From assembly GCA_964016885.1 (NCBI GenBank), contig OZ024742.1, forward strand, positions 203,422,001 to 203,486,000: a stretch of 64,000 nucleotides of DNA. The letters are read 5' to 3'. Source of the stretch: Eledone cirrhosa. Its lineage: Eukaryota. Below, piece by piece: positions 1 to 14,882 of the stretch; the stretch's first letter is position 1; every line of letters starts with the position of its first letter. Made by a program: the position numbers and the translations under genes. The notes beneath the pieces were generated by a model. It had not been told where the DNA came from. It saw nothing but the letters and a program-made list of their open reading frames with translations, and did no database searches.

Positions 1-283
1 ACATGGCCTCCTAACTCTCCAGACCTGAGGTCGAGAGGGAAGTCAGTCAACACCCCACTGAAACAATAAAATCTTTTAAGTCCGGCATAACTAGCACTAC
101 GTACAAAAGAGATCAAAATCACCCGATTCGCGTATGTCAACTACAGATTCACTATATAGATGGGCCAAGGAGAGGCTCGAACTTATTAATGCTAGTATTT
201 TTTTGAAATAAAGCTTTTATTTCATGACTTATTTATCTTTTACTAAATTCATGCGAATGTCCTCAAAGTAATGAGCAGCCCTC
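1..283 (+). mobile_element. Degenerate 3' end of a Tc1/mariner-type transposon
   Basis: tggcctcctaactctccagacctg at 4-27 translates WPPNSPDL, matching the (W/Y)PxxSPDL motif preceding the third catalytic residue of Tc1/mariner transposases; the rest is decayed. Confidence 0.55.
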
Positions 284-569
284 AATCAGTTTATGTGTGC
301 GTGTACAAAGTTGCACATTTTTGTATATATAGTATATATAAAAATCATACACAGTGTATTCATATACACACCGTTTCTTAGGTGCACACAGATGTTTGTA
401 TAGCCTCTTCGAATAAATTTATATATAGAAACAAAGACATATATATACGTGCAATTATAAATATACACGTATCAACACAATCATATACTAAATACATACT
501 CATATATACTCACTCATTATATATATATATAGAGAGAGAAGAGGGTACGTATGTGTGTGTGTGTGTGTG

Positions 570-836
570 GATGCATAAAATATCATTGTACGCTTTCCAA
601 GGAAATATGTTGAAATGTTAAAATCTATATCCACATATAATGATATAAGCTTATATATGCATATACATATACACACACATACATATATGTATATATATGC
701 ATGTATAAAAATATATAAATTGGTGTATGTGTGTGTATATGTATTTACATATATATGCTCATATCATTATATGTGGATATAGATTTCAACATTTCAACAT
801 ATTTCCTTAGAAAGGGTACAATGATATTTTATGCAC
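570..836. repeat. Inverted repeat, ~80-bp arms around a TA/CA spacer (MITE-like)
   Basis: atgcataaaatatcattgtac...ccacatataatgatataagc (570-650) is the near reverse complement of gctcatatcattatatgtgg...gtacaatgatattttatgca (757-834). Confidence 0.8.
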
Positions 837-838
837 AC

Positions 839-916
<78 letters not shown>

Positions 917-979
917 ATATATATATACCCTTTTATATGTATGTAGACACACACCCCACGCTCTCTCTCTCCCTCTCTC

Positions 980-1044
<65 letters not shown>

Positions 1045-1344
1045 TGGATACGGGGTCCCCCTCACCACTCACTCACATTATTTTAAAACTACAGCCCCAA
1101 AATACATAAATAATCAAAACTTATATACCTTGAAATAATTCAATCAATCTTGATTTAGAATCAATAAAATTAATGTTCGCTCATTTTTTTCTTTTTATTA
1201 TTATTCGAATTTTCAAACTTTTCCAGCTAGGAAATATTGGATTTGTAATATGTGTGCGTGTGTATGTGTATGTGTGTGTGTGTGTGTGTGTGTGCGTGTG
1301 TGTGTGAGTGTGTGTACAGTTTTACGTACATATATATACATATA

Positions 1345-1642
<298 letters not shown>

Positions 1643-1644
1643 TG

Positions 1645-1770
1645 GTGAAGGCGTGTGGCTGAGTGGTTAGAGAATTGGATTCACAATCTTGAGGTTGTGA
1701 GTTCGATTCCTGGACCGGGCGATGCGTTATGTCCTTGAGCAAGACACTTTATTTCACGTTGCTCCTTCTA
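1645..1770 (+). mobile_element. tRNA-derived SINE family A (CORE-like), 5' part
   Basis: A box tggctgagtgg and B box gttcgattcc, followed by gtccttgagcaagacactt resembling the CORE-SINE domain; a longer copy lies at ~24198-24515. Confidence 0.8.
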
Positions 1771-2200
1771 CCTGGAGTTGCGACCGATAGATAGTACTAG
1801 CAACTGGAAAGACCAACGGAAACATTGTTTCCTCGGTCCGATTTGACGAAAGTCGGTCGATTAAAAAAAAAAAAATATATATATATATATGAAATCCAAC
1901 CGTGACCATCTCCACTGAAAGTTTTCAGGAAATAGTCTTTAAGACTATACAGAGCATTTGATGTTTTTCCAAATTGAAGGATAAGTATTTTAGACTTTAT
2001 TTTATCATTAGTTAAGGCCCTATTGATTTTTCCCTGGATTTTACTAAATTCTGTGGATGAATTTATATCCTGATTCTATTTGAGATGAGTTTGAATTACT
2101 TTTCCCACATCTTACGTTAACTATTTTTCCCATTTTGACGTTATAGTCGCATATATGTTATGGAATACTGTTAGCTTCTCGCTACAACAATTTCTATACC

Positions 2201-2270
<70 letters not shown>

Positions 2271-2376
2271 TATATATATATATACACATATATATATATA
2301 TTCATATATATAAATATGAATATATATATATATGTACGTAAAACTGAACAGACACACACACATACACACGCATATC

Positions 2377-2413
<37 letters not shown>

Positions 2414-2642
2414 TTTGCGGGGACGGTTGTGGTGATGATGGTGAACATAAAAATCATGATTATCATTGTCATCTTGTTAATAATGATGACAATAATGTCA
2501 TAATGGTCGTGATACTGTGTTACACTATATAAATATAACAATAACATGCTATAATTTTCATGGCAATATCTCACAATGAACAATCATTGTGAGATTACTA
2601 TTACAGTAGGACATAACTAAAGTTAACCATACTAATATCCCA

Positions 2643-2830
2643 GGGTGGTGGACTGGCATAATCGGTAGAGCGACAGTCACTATGCTTTGCAGCATGGAGT
2701 TATGGCCCTTTATGTTCTGAGTTCAAATCCTGCCGAGGTTAGTTTTGCCTTTCATCCGTACGGAGTCGATAAAATAATAAAACCAGTAATTCACTGGGGA
2801 AATTGCTGGCCTTGTGCCAAAAGTAGAAAC

Positions 2831-2834
<4 letters not shown>
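2643..2834 (+). mobile_element. tRNA-derived SINE family B
   Basis: A box tggcataatcgg, B box gttcaaatcc, central gcctttcatcc..gtcgataaaata, 3' end gctggccttgtgccaaaagtagaaacaatt; many copies in the window. Confidence 0.85.
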
Positions 2835-2890
<56 letters not shown>

Positions 2891-3260
2891 AGGGAGTGTA
2901 ACTTGGAGTTACTGTAGGTTCACCCGGGTGAGCACTCGATGTTTAGGTTCACTTCAGTGTCGAGGTGTAGAGTCAGACAGAGTGTATTATAGTGAAAAGA
3001 TAACAAGGACGATTGGTTACTCCTTCATTACATTTATTGGTTGGTGACGAGCGTTTCACCCGTGATCAACTCAAGGTTCGATCTGTATCGATCTTACCTG
3101 ACTCTGTAATCTGCGGCTCGACGATAGAAAGATATGGAGAGAGAGAGGAATGAGGAGGGAAAGTGGAATGACAAGACAAAGCAATTGAAAACACTAACAT
3201 CTTTTGGATTATGTTGAATTAAACCATTGATTGTATATTACGGAGAATGTCTATATAATA

Positions 3261-3320
<60 letters not shown>

Positions 3321-4860
3321 ATATATATATACATATATACACATATATATTCAACGCAAACACGGACATTCACATTTACGTAGTCAACATTAGGAAATCC
3401 TTATGGTTTCAGGCCGTTACCGTTCACTGAGACAGAACAAAACAGGTAGAGACACGTTATGCCTTTGGGCAAATTACACAAATATAGAGTGTGCAAGAGA
3501 AAAATATAGAAAGATGAGAAATAGTAAAACAGAAAACAATAAGGACTGTAATCCAAGGTGGAGACAAAGTAGGTCATGGTGAGATGTGAGACTGATTTCA
3601 TTCCTGTCAGCGGATTTTCTCCTTGAGCAAGACGTTTGATTTCACGTTGCCCCAGTCGATACGGATGACAAATATAAATTGAACATATAATTCAAAGAAC
3701 CAGTCTTGTTACGAACTCAATTACGCCAACTCTCGCTGGTGAATACGTTAAGAACGTGCGTTTCTATTGAATGTTCGTCCGCTTATTTGTACGTTAAGTT
3801 TCACGAACTGTCTCTTCCGTTGTTTGAACAAGTGGAACATTCTCCATTGAAACCAACGGCGGTCCAACAACATGTACATATGTGTACGTGTAAGCGATTT
3901 ATGGCAGTGCGTACGTTTAAGCAATTGTATGACCGTGTGTATGTGTGTTTATGCTCAATTTTGTGGCAGTGTGTCTGTGAGTCCAAGTGTATCTCTATGA
4001 GTATATGTGTGGTACAATTTAGAAGTGAAAAAAAAAACTTGTACGTTATTGAAAATATTGTGAATAACATCAATTTATTAAAGTAGAGATGTATTCAGCA
4101 CCTTTTTTCATCTTCATATGGAGTTAGTTTTTAACCAACCACCAATATTTCTGAATAAAAACATTTATTAGTGTTTATATATACATATATATTTATATGT
4201 ATGTATCTAAAAAGAGGGAGAGGGGGAGGGAGATGTAAGTATACATACTGACATTATATATATATATATAGAGAGAGAGAGAAAGAGAGAGATGTAAGCA
4301 TACGTACACAGTACACACTCACATTATATATATATATATATATATATTGTATGAGTGTGTGCATGGGTGTATATGCGTATGTAGTTATAAGTAAGCCTAT
4401 ATTAAACAGAATCTGCAGGACAAAGGTTAACTGAGTCCAATGCTGTATTTGCGTGTTCAATGATAAAATGAAAGTATTACTTTGAAGTATTTGACTAATA
4501 CTAAAGGACTTTTCAAGATTGGTTCTACACATGTGACTCCTAAGCCATATACGGTTGCAAATGTCAAGTGTCGTATTTATGTGTGCGCGCGGGTTTTGGT
4601 GGTGTTGGTGATGGTGTTTGTATGGTGCGGGATGGGGTAGATGGTGGCAGTGAGGGTGTAATTAAGGTGTTTGATTTATTAGTTAGATTATTCGGCTTAC
4701 GATCGTAAAGTGGTTGAGTTCGAGTCACAGCAATATATTTTCTTCTTCGGCAAGATAGTTTACTTCACCTTGCTCCAGTCTACTGTTCTTGCAAAAATGA
4801 GCTGTACATGTCAAAAGAATAAACCTTTTCACACATACACATTATATACGTATGTATATC

Positions 4861-4908
<48 letters not shown>

Positions 4909-5050
4909 TTGTGTGAGTGTGTGTGTGTATACATATATATATATATATATATGAGTGTGTACACACTTATGTACACATATATCCATACGTATATCATACA
5001 CATATATCCATACACATATATATCCATACGTATATCATATATATATCTGT

Positions 5051-5112
<62 letters not shown>

Positions 5113-6058
5113 CCACATTTGTCGTGCATATAATTATTTATTCCTACTACTGCTGTGATCGATCAAATTTTACCTCCCTGCCAATCAGAATCTATTGGGA
5201 ATCCATGTTCGATTGATCGATTTCACTCAACCGTTCATATTGCAACTTTACAATTTCCTCTTTACTTCATTTTAATGTTTTTGTATAGTTTTTTCTTTTG
5301 TTTATATATTATTAAAAGGCAGGGTGTATATGTGTGTGTGAATGCAGATATATATGTATGTGGCTGTGTGCATGTGTATATATATATGGGGGTGATGTTT
5401 GTGTATATTTGTCTATCCATATATATTTCATATATAAACATAGATTATACACACATATATTCATATATTTCAATATGCATTTATATGTCTGTGCACATAT
5501 GTGTGATTGCTTATTTATACATACATTATATATATATGCGATAAACTGATATGTGAAGAGACACAGATAGATAGATAGACAGATACATGGATAGACAGAA
5601 AGATAGAAAAGGTACATACGTAGGTACGTACGTATGTACTTGGTGAGGTATGTACGTCGATAGGTAGGTAGGTAACTTTGGCAGTTAGGTAAGTAACTAG
5701 GTGTGTAGATTGGTAGGTAATTATAAATGTAGGTATGTAGTTAGTTAGGTATGTATTAGGTATTACAAAGCCTTTCCCTTGACTATGACCCTATACTCTT
5801 CAAAATACTACAGTACTCTTCCACATACGATATGTAACATCAAACACAAATATCCGATACGCAGTCACTGTGAAATGTATAGAGTCTGTGAAGCTGTTTG
5901 TAGCCTTAAAAAATATTTTGAATAAGCGAGAGGGAATATGAAAGGAAGGAAAAGAAAGAGACAAACAGAAAGAGAGACAGAAGAAACGAAGGAAAGAAGT
6001 TGTGGATGCATAAATAATGAATACACACAATGCATAAAAGAATAGATGTGCATGTGGA

Positions 6059-6118
<60 letters not shown>

Positions 6119-6250
6119 CCCTCCCCATATATATATACATAGATGGGGGGGGGGTCTGTGTGCCTGTCGCTATATATATACACACTGTGAATGTATATAC
6201 ATGTGTATTTATATGAGCATATATATATATATGTGTGTATATATATATAA

Positions 6251-6284
<34 letters not shown>

Positions 6285-6825
6285 ATTAGTGTGTGTGTGT
6301 GTGTGTATGTGTAGGTATGTATATATATCTATGTTTGTGTGTCTGTCACGCGCGTGTGAATGTATTTACATAAATCTCAGCTAATAATATATGCAGATGT
6401 TTAAGTAAGTATGCACGCATCAGCTGCTCTATACAGAGACTTAGGAATGCACATGTGAAAATAATAAGACGATCTTCGCCCTTTTCATTGAATACGGAAA
6501 TAATGGTAGAAAACAGATAATAAAATCGCTGGAGAAAGTTGTTGTGGACGCGGCTGAATGGTTTTACGACAGAGCTTTTCTCTCCTTCAAGCTAACAAGC
6601 CTTCATCAATTTCTTCAATGCCACTTACAGAAGATATTGAAGGTAGAGTTTGCGATGCTACCCGTTAGTAAATTTTAGAAAACATTATTGTTGTTGTTGT
6701 TGTTGTTCTTTCTTAGTTGTGGTGGTGGTGGTGGTGGTGGTGGTGGTGGTGATGATTTTTAGCTATGATTGAAAAGAAGTGCAGCCATGACCACTATGTT
6801 GCTTAGAGGCATATAAGAGGACATT

Positions 6826-7009
6826 TGTGAATTGGCAGTATCGGTAGAGGGTTGGACGCCATGCTTTCTAGCATAGTTACGTCCCTTTACGGTCTGAGTT
6901 CAAATCCCGCCAAGGTTAACTTTGCCTTTCATCCTTATGGGGTCGATAAAATAAAGTACCAGTAATGTACAGGGTAATTGCTGGCCTTGTGCCTAAAGTA
7001 GAAACAATT
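6826..7009 (+). mobile_element. SINE family B copy
   Basis: Colinear with 2643-2834 (gagttcaaatccc, gcctttcatcc, ggccttgtgcctaaagtagaaacaatt). Confidence 0.85.
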
Positions 7010-8400
7010 ATGAAAAGTGACTTCCCTTTTGTGAGCTCTTGGTTGTTCTTCGTTGCAGGCGGAGCAGGTGCTTAGCTATTTAGCGCCCAGGGCTATCCCT
7101 ACAACCTGAAATCCTTCTCCTAGTTATACGTGTCATTTTCTTAAGTAAATTAATTTCAGCTTAATGTTTGCCAAATTGACAAGCCTACATTTTGATACTT
7201 CTTACTCAGGAAACCCGAAATAAATTACTAAACCTGCCTTTTCCACTGCACAGTCCACACTCATCATCACCAAAGCATATTACTGATCACAACACTATAT
7301 GACACTATCCACCACTTTGGATATTTTCACAAAATATTTGATCACAAAATATTTGATCACAAAAAATTATAATTTTAGTTTGATTATACAAGTTTCTATA
7401 AACCTCTGATCTTTTAAGGTTTCAATGATGCACCTCTCTGAGGTATGTGCTCTATGCGCCTCTCTAGTTGACCTAATTGTGTGTGTGCGTATGTTTAAGA
7501 GTACATGTGAATGTGGGAGGGTATGTAATATGTCTAAATGTATGTATAGACCAGAGTGAGTGTGTATGTGTCAATATGTGTTTGTGTGTCTCGCTAATGC
7601 GCCCCTATAACGTCTGCTACCTAGTTAGCTTTAATGATAGCAACAGCCATGCTTGCAGGACATGCTATAGCATAGAAGATCCCTCGCTTGTTCGTTAATG
7701 AAATGTGAATAAATGTGGCAAAATTGTAACGGGCAAAGTAATATTATTCTAACTATTAAATTGTATGTTAGCGACAAGAGCTTGCAAAATGCATTTGACT
7801 AATATGTGCCAATGTAATCCGGGTGGAGAGTGGGTCTGTTTGAATAGCCATATGTCTTTACTGGACTCAATTTCGGAGCCCTTACTTTCCATTATATTGT
7901 TCTATATTGTTTCTGCCAGGGGTTGCTTCCCACATATTGTACCAGCAATGGAAAAATCATGGTCTGAACTGACTGTTTCCCTTGTTTTTCTGTCTATATT
8001 TCAATGTATTAATGGGCCCTCTTGTTCTTGTTTATCTAACTAATTTAATCCATGTAAATTCTCCACCGTTTCGTGTTGTCTTTTTTTACATCATTCATGC
8101 ACTATCCTCCCAGTTTCTCTACTGTCATCTTAAGTGGCTATGATAGAAGGTGAAACCCGGAATCCCCGTCAATGGAAGATGTACAATAAATTTAACACAA
8201 ACTCTAATAATGTGTCTCATCCTTATAAGCAAATAATTGAAAGCACAAATATTTGCTTTCACTCAGGATCTTCAGAAATTGAGAAATTCTAAATCTTCTA
8301 GACGTAGCTCCAATTATTTCAAAATGTTGGTATTATATATACATAACTTTTATTGGGTCCTCTGTGGAAACTGTTTTCACTTTGTATATATATATTTATG

Positions 8401-8444
<44 letters not shown>

Positions 8445-8448
<4 letters not shown>

Positions 8449-8640
8449 AAAAAGTATGACCCCGACGGCAGCGCTCAAGCCGTTTCGACGGCTATTTCTG
8501 GGTCCAGAAATAGCCGTCGAAACGGCTTGAGCGCTGCCGTCGGGGTCATACTTTTTCCTATTTCCCACTCTACTACCCTAGGTATTGAGTACTCTGGTGC
8601 GTTATGGTCCATCTGGTTCATTACCATAATTCCTTTGTTA
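8445..8640 (+). mobile_element. Fold-back element, GACCCCGACGG family, flanked by (TA)n
   Basis: Perfect palindrome 8445-8560 (loop gt) plus an ~80-bp tail ending ttcctttgtta. Related copies at 17151, 18391, 25215, 25741, 34543 and 50776. Confidence 0.8.
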
Positions 8641-8647
8641 TATATAC

Positions 8648-8745
<98 letters not shown>

Positions 8746-9480
8746 ATATATATATATATATTATTCAAAATATTAATAAATGAGAAATATTATCATAACC
8801 AAAAGTATATATTTTATTATACATATGCCAACGGTACAATGGTGTTTCAGTACGTTTTCATCAGATAAAATATATGCGACATACCGCTAAGGTACTTGAG
8901 TCTTCAATTCCTGTAGATAGATATATATAACAACTGGAACGCTCGTTCGTCATGAAAACCTAGCTTAGATCCTATCATAATCATCATCATCATGTATGTA
9001 AATACATGTATGAATGCTTTCATGAACATCAGTGGTGTTTTTTGCCGGTTCTTTTCTTCTTGTGTATACAATATAAAATAAGACAAGACAGCAATGATTA
9101 GATAGATTCGTTGAATGTTAACAAGCGACCATGTTGAGCCATAGGTAGTAGACGATGCTACACATTCTAGTAAAACATTCATGATTATCAATACTGATAC
9201 TCAATCGGACGACTCCATCCAAAATGTCGGAAATGCGGCAATTTTATCCATTGACAAGTGAAAGGGATTAAAAAACATTGAATCTATATAAATGTAAAAA
9301 AAAAAAAAGGCAGAGTTAGCTGGGATGGGGGTGAATTCAGAATAAAATCTATTTGCTTTTTGTCAACCATTACGTCTGTTCCAATCTTTTTTAATGTTAC
9401 TCTATCAGGATAGAGTTCAATCTGGCTTTACATTTATATTTGCGTTTGTGTGTATATATATATCTATATCTATATTTATT

Positions 9481-9538
<58 letters not shown>

Positions 9539-10571
9539 TAAACAAATAATGAATAAACAATTCCTTATATTAAACAAAAAAAGTTCATTATTTAACGATC
9601 GTTTCTAGGGTATATATGTGTTATAATTGGTATGCATATTCAACAGATCTATGTACAAAATTATACAAAATTATACAAATTATCAAGATTAAATATACAT
9701 ACCTAACACATATATACGCCGTCTTCAGAAATAATGAAGTATATTTATTGATAATAACAACAATTCAAAATATCAGTTCAAAATTGACCAATGAAAACAC
9801 AAAGGGTTAAAAGCAGTTCGGTGTGTGTATATACATGTAAAATCCTTACACATATTTTACAAAAATGTATGTATAACTTGTATACGCATACTAAAAAGAT
9901 GGATGCAAACACAAAATTTCAAGGTTAATATCTCTGTAAGCTTAAAATGCGCTGATAAGATGCGCATTGATACTTATGGAGTCAAGCATATAAATATATT
10001 TTTTCATACTCACACATATCAGTATAATCATACATACATGCGCGTATATGCATAAATATACACATAACCACGAACATACAAACACACACACACCCCCACT
10101 CACATTTATATATGTGGATATAAAATCATAAGCACATGGAAATTAAATCACTCACATAAAACACTGGCACACACATTTCAAGATCAAGATACAGAAATTA
10201 GGTGGGAGGGGGGGGAGGGGTCAGTATTCAATTGTCTGAGCAGACTGCCTAATATAAATGTATCTATAAATTAAGAAAAATAAAATAAAAAAATAAAAAA
10301 ATAAAACAATAAAATATAATAAATATAATATAATATACATACACATACAGATATATATACACATACATACATGTACGCGCACATAGAAATATTTACGCAT
10401 ACACACATACACACATACATATACAGTCATACACACACATACACTTACACGAACATACACATACACATATAAAAAGATATATATATACACACACACACGC
10501 GCAACACATACACACATACACATATATATAAAGAATAGATAATAAAGATATATATCCATACATATATATAT

Positions 10572-10628
<57 letters not shown>

Positions 10629-10685
10629 CATACACATACATACACACATACATGTACATACATGTACATACATATACGCACATCG

Positions 10686-10728
<43 letters not shown>

Positions 10729-11050
10729 CACACACATAGACATATAGATACATACACACACAACTTACATACACACGTATATATATATATATAGAGATGT
10801 ACCTTCATACATAGAATTAGATATATAATCATACATACATATGCACCTACTTATACTCATATATATAAATACATACGCTTCCATATATGTGTATATACAT
10901 AAAAAAACAATACAACCTCACCAAACTCAGACATACAAATAAAAATAATAATAAAAAGGCATATGTATATACATACATACACGCATTAATAGAGATATAT
11001 ATATATATACACACACATACATACACATATATATATATACACCTATATAT

Positions 11051-11099
<49 letters not shown>

Positions 11100-11105
11100 T
11101 ACACT

Positions 11106-11137
<32 letters not shown>

Positions 11138-11187
11138 AACATATATATCCACACACTCATACCACCATAAATACACATACAAACACC

Positions 11188-11273
<86 letters not shown>

Positions 11274-11587
11274 TAAAAAAAAACAGACATGCACATATAT
11301 ATATATATATATTTTATTACTCTTATATATACACATATTATATATACATACACAACCTCACTTATACACATATACACATAAGTTATATTATAATAATAAA
11401 GAATAATATACATATATATATATACATATACATATATATATATATATATATATACATACATACATACACATACATACAAACACATAAACATATACATACA
11501 TAAATACACACATACGAATAAAGACATATATTCACACATAGACACCTATATATATATATATATATATATCTATATATATATATACAC

Positions 11588-11647
<60 letters not shown>

Positions 11648-12572
11648 ACATACACACTCACATATATATATATATGTGTATGTGTGTGTGCGCACATACA
11701 TATATATACACACACACATACAAACACACACAAACACATACATATGCATACGTGCACACACACACACATATATCACATAGATACGAAGATAAACATATAA
11801 ATAGAGAGACATACATATATATACACAACACGCATACACATACATACATACACGCATATACATATACATACATATATACACATATATATATTCCTATATA
11901 TACAAGCATACACATACATACACATATATACACATACATACACATATACATACAACACATTCACATACACATACATATATAATGCATATATATACATATA
12001 TATACATACATATGTATGTACACTCATATATACACACGCGATCTTACATTCATATTTGCATGCTCATATATGTATTTTTATATTTAGATATAAATACCCA
12101 AACCTATATAGACACCTACCTACATATATATTCATACATAGACGCTTACGAATACAGATGATAATAGTATGGGGGAAAGGGGGGGTTTGGAGAAGGGGAT
12201 CAAAGTAAATATATGTTTCAAGAAACATATAATATTTTCCGTATCTTTATTCAATGTATGTTCTTACATATTTTCAGTGCTAGGAAATACGAAATCTATG
12301 CATCTCAAAATAAATAAGTATACCATTAATCATATGTTAACTAAACCAAAGATAGTCAACATATTGATTTCTAAGGTGTAAATTAGTTAGGTTTATAATA
12401 TTTGAAGCAGAATTTTGAAGTCAAACAGTAGTAGATTATTAATTACAGTATAACTAAATTAAAGTTAATAACGTTATGGTATCAATATTAGGAAATGAAT
12501 TTAGTAATAGGGAAAAGAAACCCAAATAAAAATAAAATAAAGTATTACATCGGTAGTAGCATATATATATAT

Positions 12573-13062
12573 ATATGAATAAATTTAGTCCTTCATCAGT
12601 GATCTTCCAGCCTTCATTGGTATTTCATCGCTTTAAAGACCATATATCTCTGGTTGGTGCGAGCAACGGCTAAAGAAAATCGTTGGGACACATAAATAGG
12701 GTGAACGAGCGAGACAGTAAACAATCAAAGATGGTAATGCAACGAAAAGTGAGGAAGAAGGAGTCAAGTCACTGAAATCGATGAACATAAGTTCTGTGAA
12801 ATCGTAGACGAGAGAGAATAAAGGCCATCCGACCTGGTCGAAATGTAAGCGAGGAAAGAATTTCGCACAGGTCAAACGGGAGGAAGTTGGAGAGGGAGTA
12901 GCAGAGAGTGAGTGAGTGAAAGTGTGAGGAAGAGGCTAACATAGAGAGTGACTAGCAGAGGGGGTAAAAGGAAGTGAGAGATACAAATTTAGTCCTTCAT
13001 CAGTGATCTTCCAGCCTTCAAGGCTGGAAGATCACTGATGAAGGACTAAATTTATTCATATG
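12573..13062. mobile_element. Element bounded by ~42-bp inverted repeats with an internal third copy; probable Penelope-like remnant
   Basis: aaatttagtccttcatcagtgatcttccagcctt at ~12581 and ~12985, with its reverse complement at ~13020-13052 containing ctgatgaaggac. Confidence 0.6.
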
Positions 13063-13133
13063 TAACCCATTTGCAACCACGCAGCACGCCATGTTTTCAT
13101 ATTTTTCATATATTTATATATATATATGTATAT

Positions 13134-13215
<82 letters not shown>

Positions 13216-13728
13216 CGAGAGAGAGGGGGGATAGACAAGCAGGAAAAAGTAGCCTGTATACCTATATATATATATAGAGAGAGGGGGGTGTAAGAGTGAA
13301 GGAAAGAGTGAGAGAGAGGGTGAGAGGAAGAGAGAGACAGAGAAGGAAAGAGAACTTGATAAATTGAAAATAATACTTAGTGTGAAGAGACGGGTGACAA
13401 GGAACCGAGTTAAGAGAAGAATTCTGATAAAGGCTAAACGACTATCTAATAATCATGATTGAAGAAATAAACATTATTTGGAATGATAAACGAAGCAGCT
13501 ATATGAAATCGACGTCCGTCTGTTTTGACGAAAAAGTTTCCAGTTGTTCAAGCAATGTAAGTGTAAGTGGCTGAGCATGCAACAGAAACGTGCACTCTTA
13601 GCGAAAATTTCAGAAAAACTCAGCCTGACACAATGCTTGACAAGGCCGACTCTTCGAATCACTAGTACAGTCTATTTGGTGGGCTTCCAAACATTGTTCG
13701 TCTATCTAATTTCACCAACAATGTTTAA

Positions 13729-13891
13729 CCCTTTAATGTTCAGAAACCGACCAGAATTCTCTACCTCTTTCTGTTGAAACTGGCTGTAACCGGTCGCTCA
13801 AACTGATGTTAAGGTATTATTCTCAACATAATCTTTAAAAATCTTTATGAAAATTTAATAGTATATATAGAGTAATGTAAATGCTAAAGGG
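13729..13891. mobile_element. piggyBac-like MITE
   Basis: TTAA|CCCTTTAATGTT ... AATGCTAAAGGG|TTAA: CCC/GGG termini flanked by TTAA on both sides. Confidence 0.6.
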
Positions 13892-14124
13892 TTAAGTCAA
13901 CCTGAAGCTAAAGTAAATGACAATTGTCTAGGATGGCACACAATGGTATTGAACCCTGGATCGAATTAGAGAAGGATGTATGTATGGTCCGGTACGACTT
14001 GATAGAGTCGTACGGACGCCGTACTGATATACGGCGTGGCTTGGGCATTTTAAGCTTGGCGGAGACCATCCCTCTCCAGACCTAAGTACTGCAGATTTCT
14101 GCCAGAGAAATACAAAAATAGAGA

Positions 14125-14720
14125 TGGAGGAAAATGGGAAAGAGCGCTAGAGGAAAATGGGAAAGAGAGATAGAGGAAAATGGGAAAGCGAGATAGAGGA
14201 AAATGGGAAAGCGAGATAGAGGAAAATGGGAAAGCGAGATAGAGGAAAATAGGAAAGAGAGATAGAGAAAAATGGGAAAGAGAGATAGAGGAAAATGGGA
14301 AAGCGAGATAGAGGAAAATGGGGAAGAGAGATAGAGGAAAATGGGAAAGAGAGATAGAAAAAAATGGGAAAGAGAGATAGAGGAAAATGGGAAAGAGAGC
14401 TAGGGGAAAATGGGAAAGAGCGCTAGAGGAAAATGGGAAAGAGAGCTAGGGGAAAATGGAAAAGAGAGCTAGAGTAAAATGGGAAAGAGAGCTAGGGGAA
14501 AATGGGAAAGAGCGCTAGAGGAAAATGGGAAAGAGAGCTAGGGGAAAATGGAAAAGAGAGCTAGAGTAAAATGGGAAAGAGAGCTAGGGGAAAATGGGAA
14601 AGAGCGCTAGAGGAAAATGGGAAAGCGAGATAGAGGAAAATGGAAAAGAGAGCTAGAGGAAAATGGGAAAGAGAGCTAGGGGAAAATGGGAAAGAGAGAT
14701 AGAGGAAAATGGGAAAGAGA
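14125..14720. repeat. 23-bp purine-rich minisatellite (tagaggaaaatgggaaagagaga), ~26 copies
   Basis: Period read directly (tagagg at 14171, 14194, ...). Confidence 0.95.
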
Positions 14721-14739
14721 TATAGAAGAAGAATCGACC

Positions 14740-14882
14740 TCAGTACCAGACTGGTACTTTTTTATCGCCTTTCGTAAAGATTAAAGGCAAAGTTGACCTC
14801 GATGGGTTGTGAGCTCAGCGAGCCGGAAGGAATACCAAAATATACTATCCGACGTTCTAACGACTCTGCCAATTCGCCGCCT
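14740..14882 (-). mobile_element. Diverged SINE family B copy
   Basis: ctggtactttttt, aaaggcaaagttgacctcg and gactctgccaattcgccgcc match the reverse complement of family B. Confidence 0.65.

Noticed and set aside
1645-1720. tRNA gene suggested by A and B boxes
   Set aside because: No full cloverleaf, and it continues into a repeated SINE body.
3030-3435. Minus-strand GAAAC motifs near 3055 and 3410 as hammerheads
   Set aside because: No CUGANGA core at a suitable distance; at most decayed Penelope-type remnants.
7765-8043. 92-aa ORF in non-repetitive sequence as an exon
   Set aside because: No recognisable domain or convincing splice sites; it may be non-coding unique DNA.
14125-14720. CRISPR-like array
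   Set aside because: Head-to-tail repeats without unique spacers, no cas genes, eukaryotic context.
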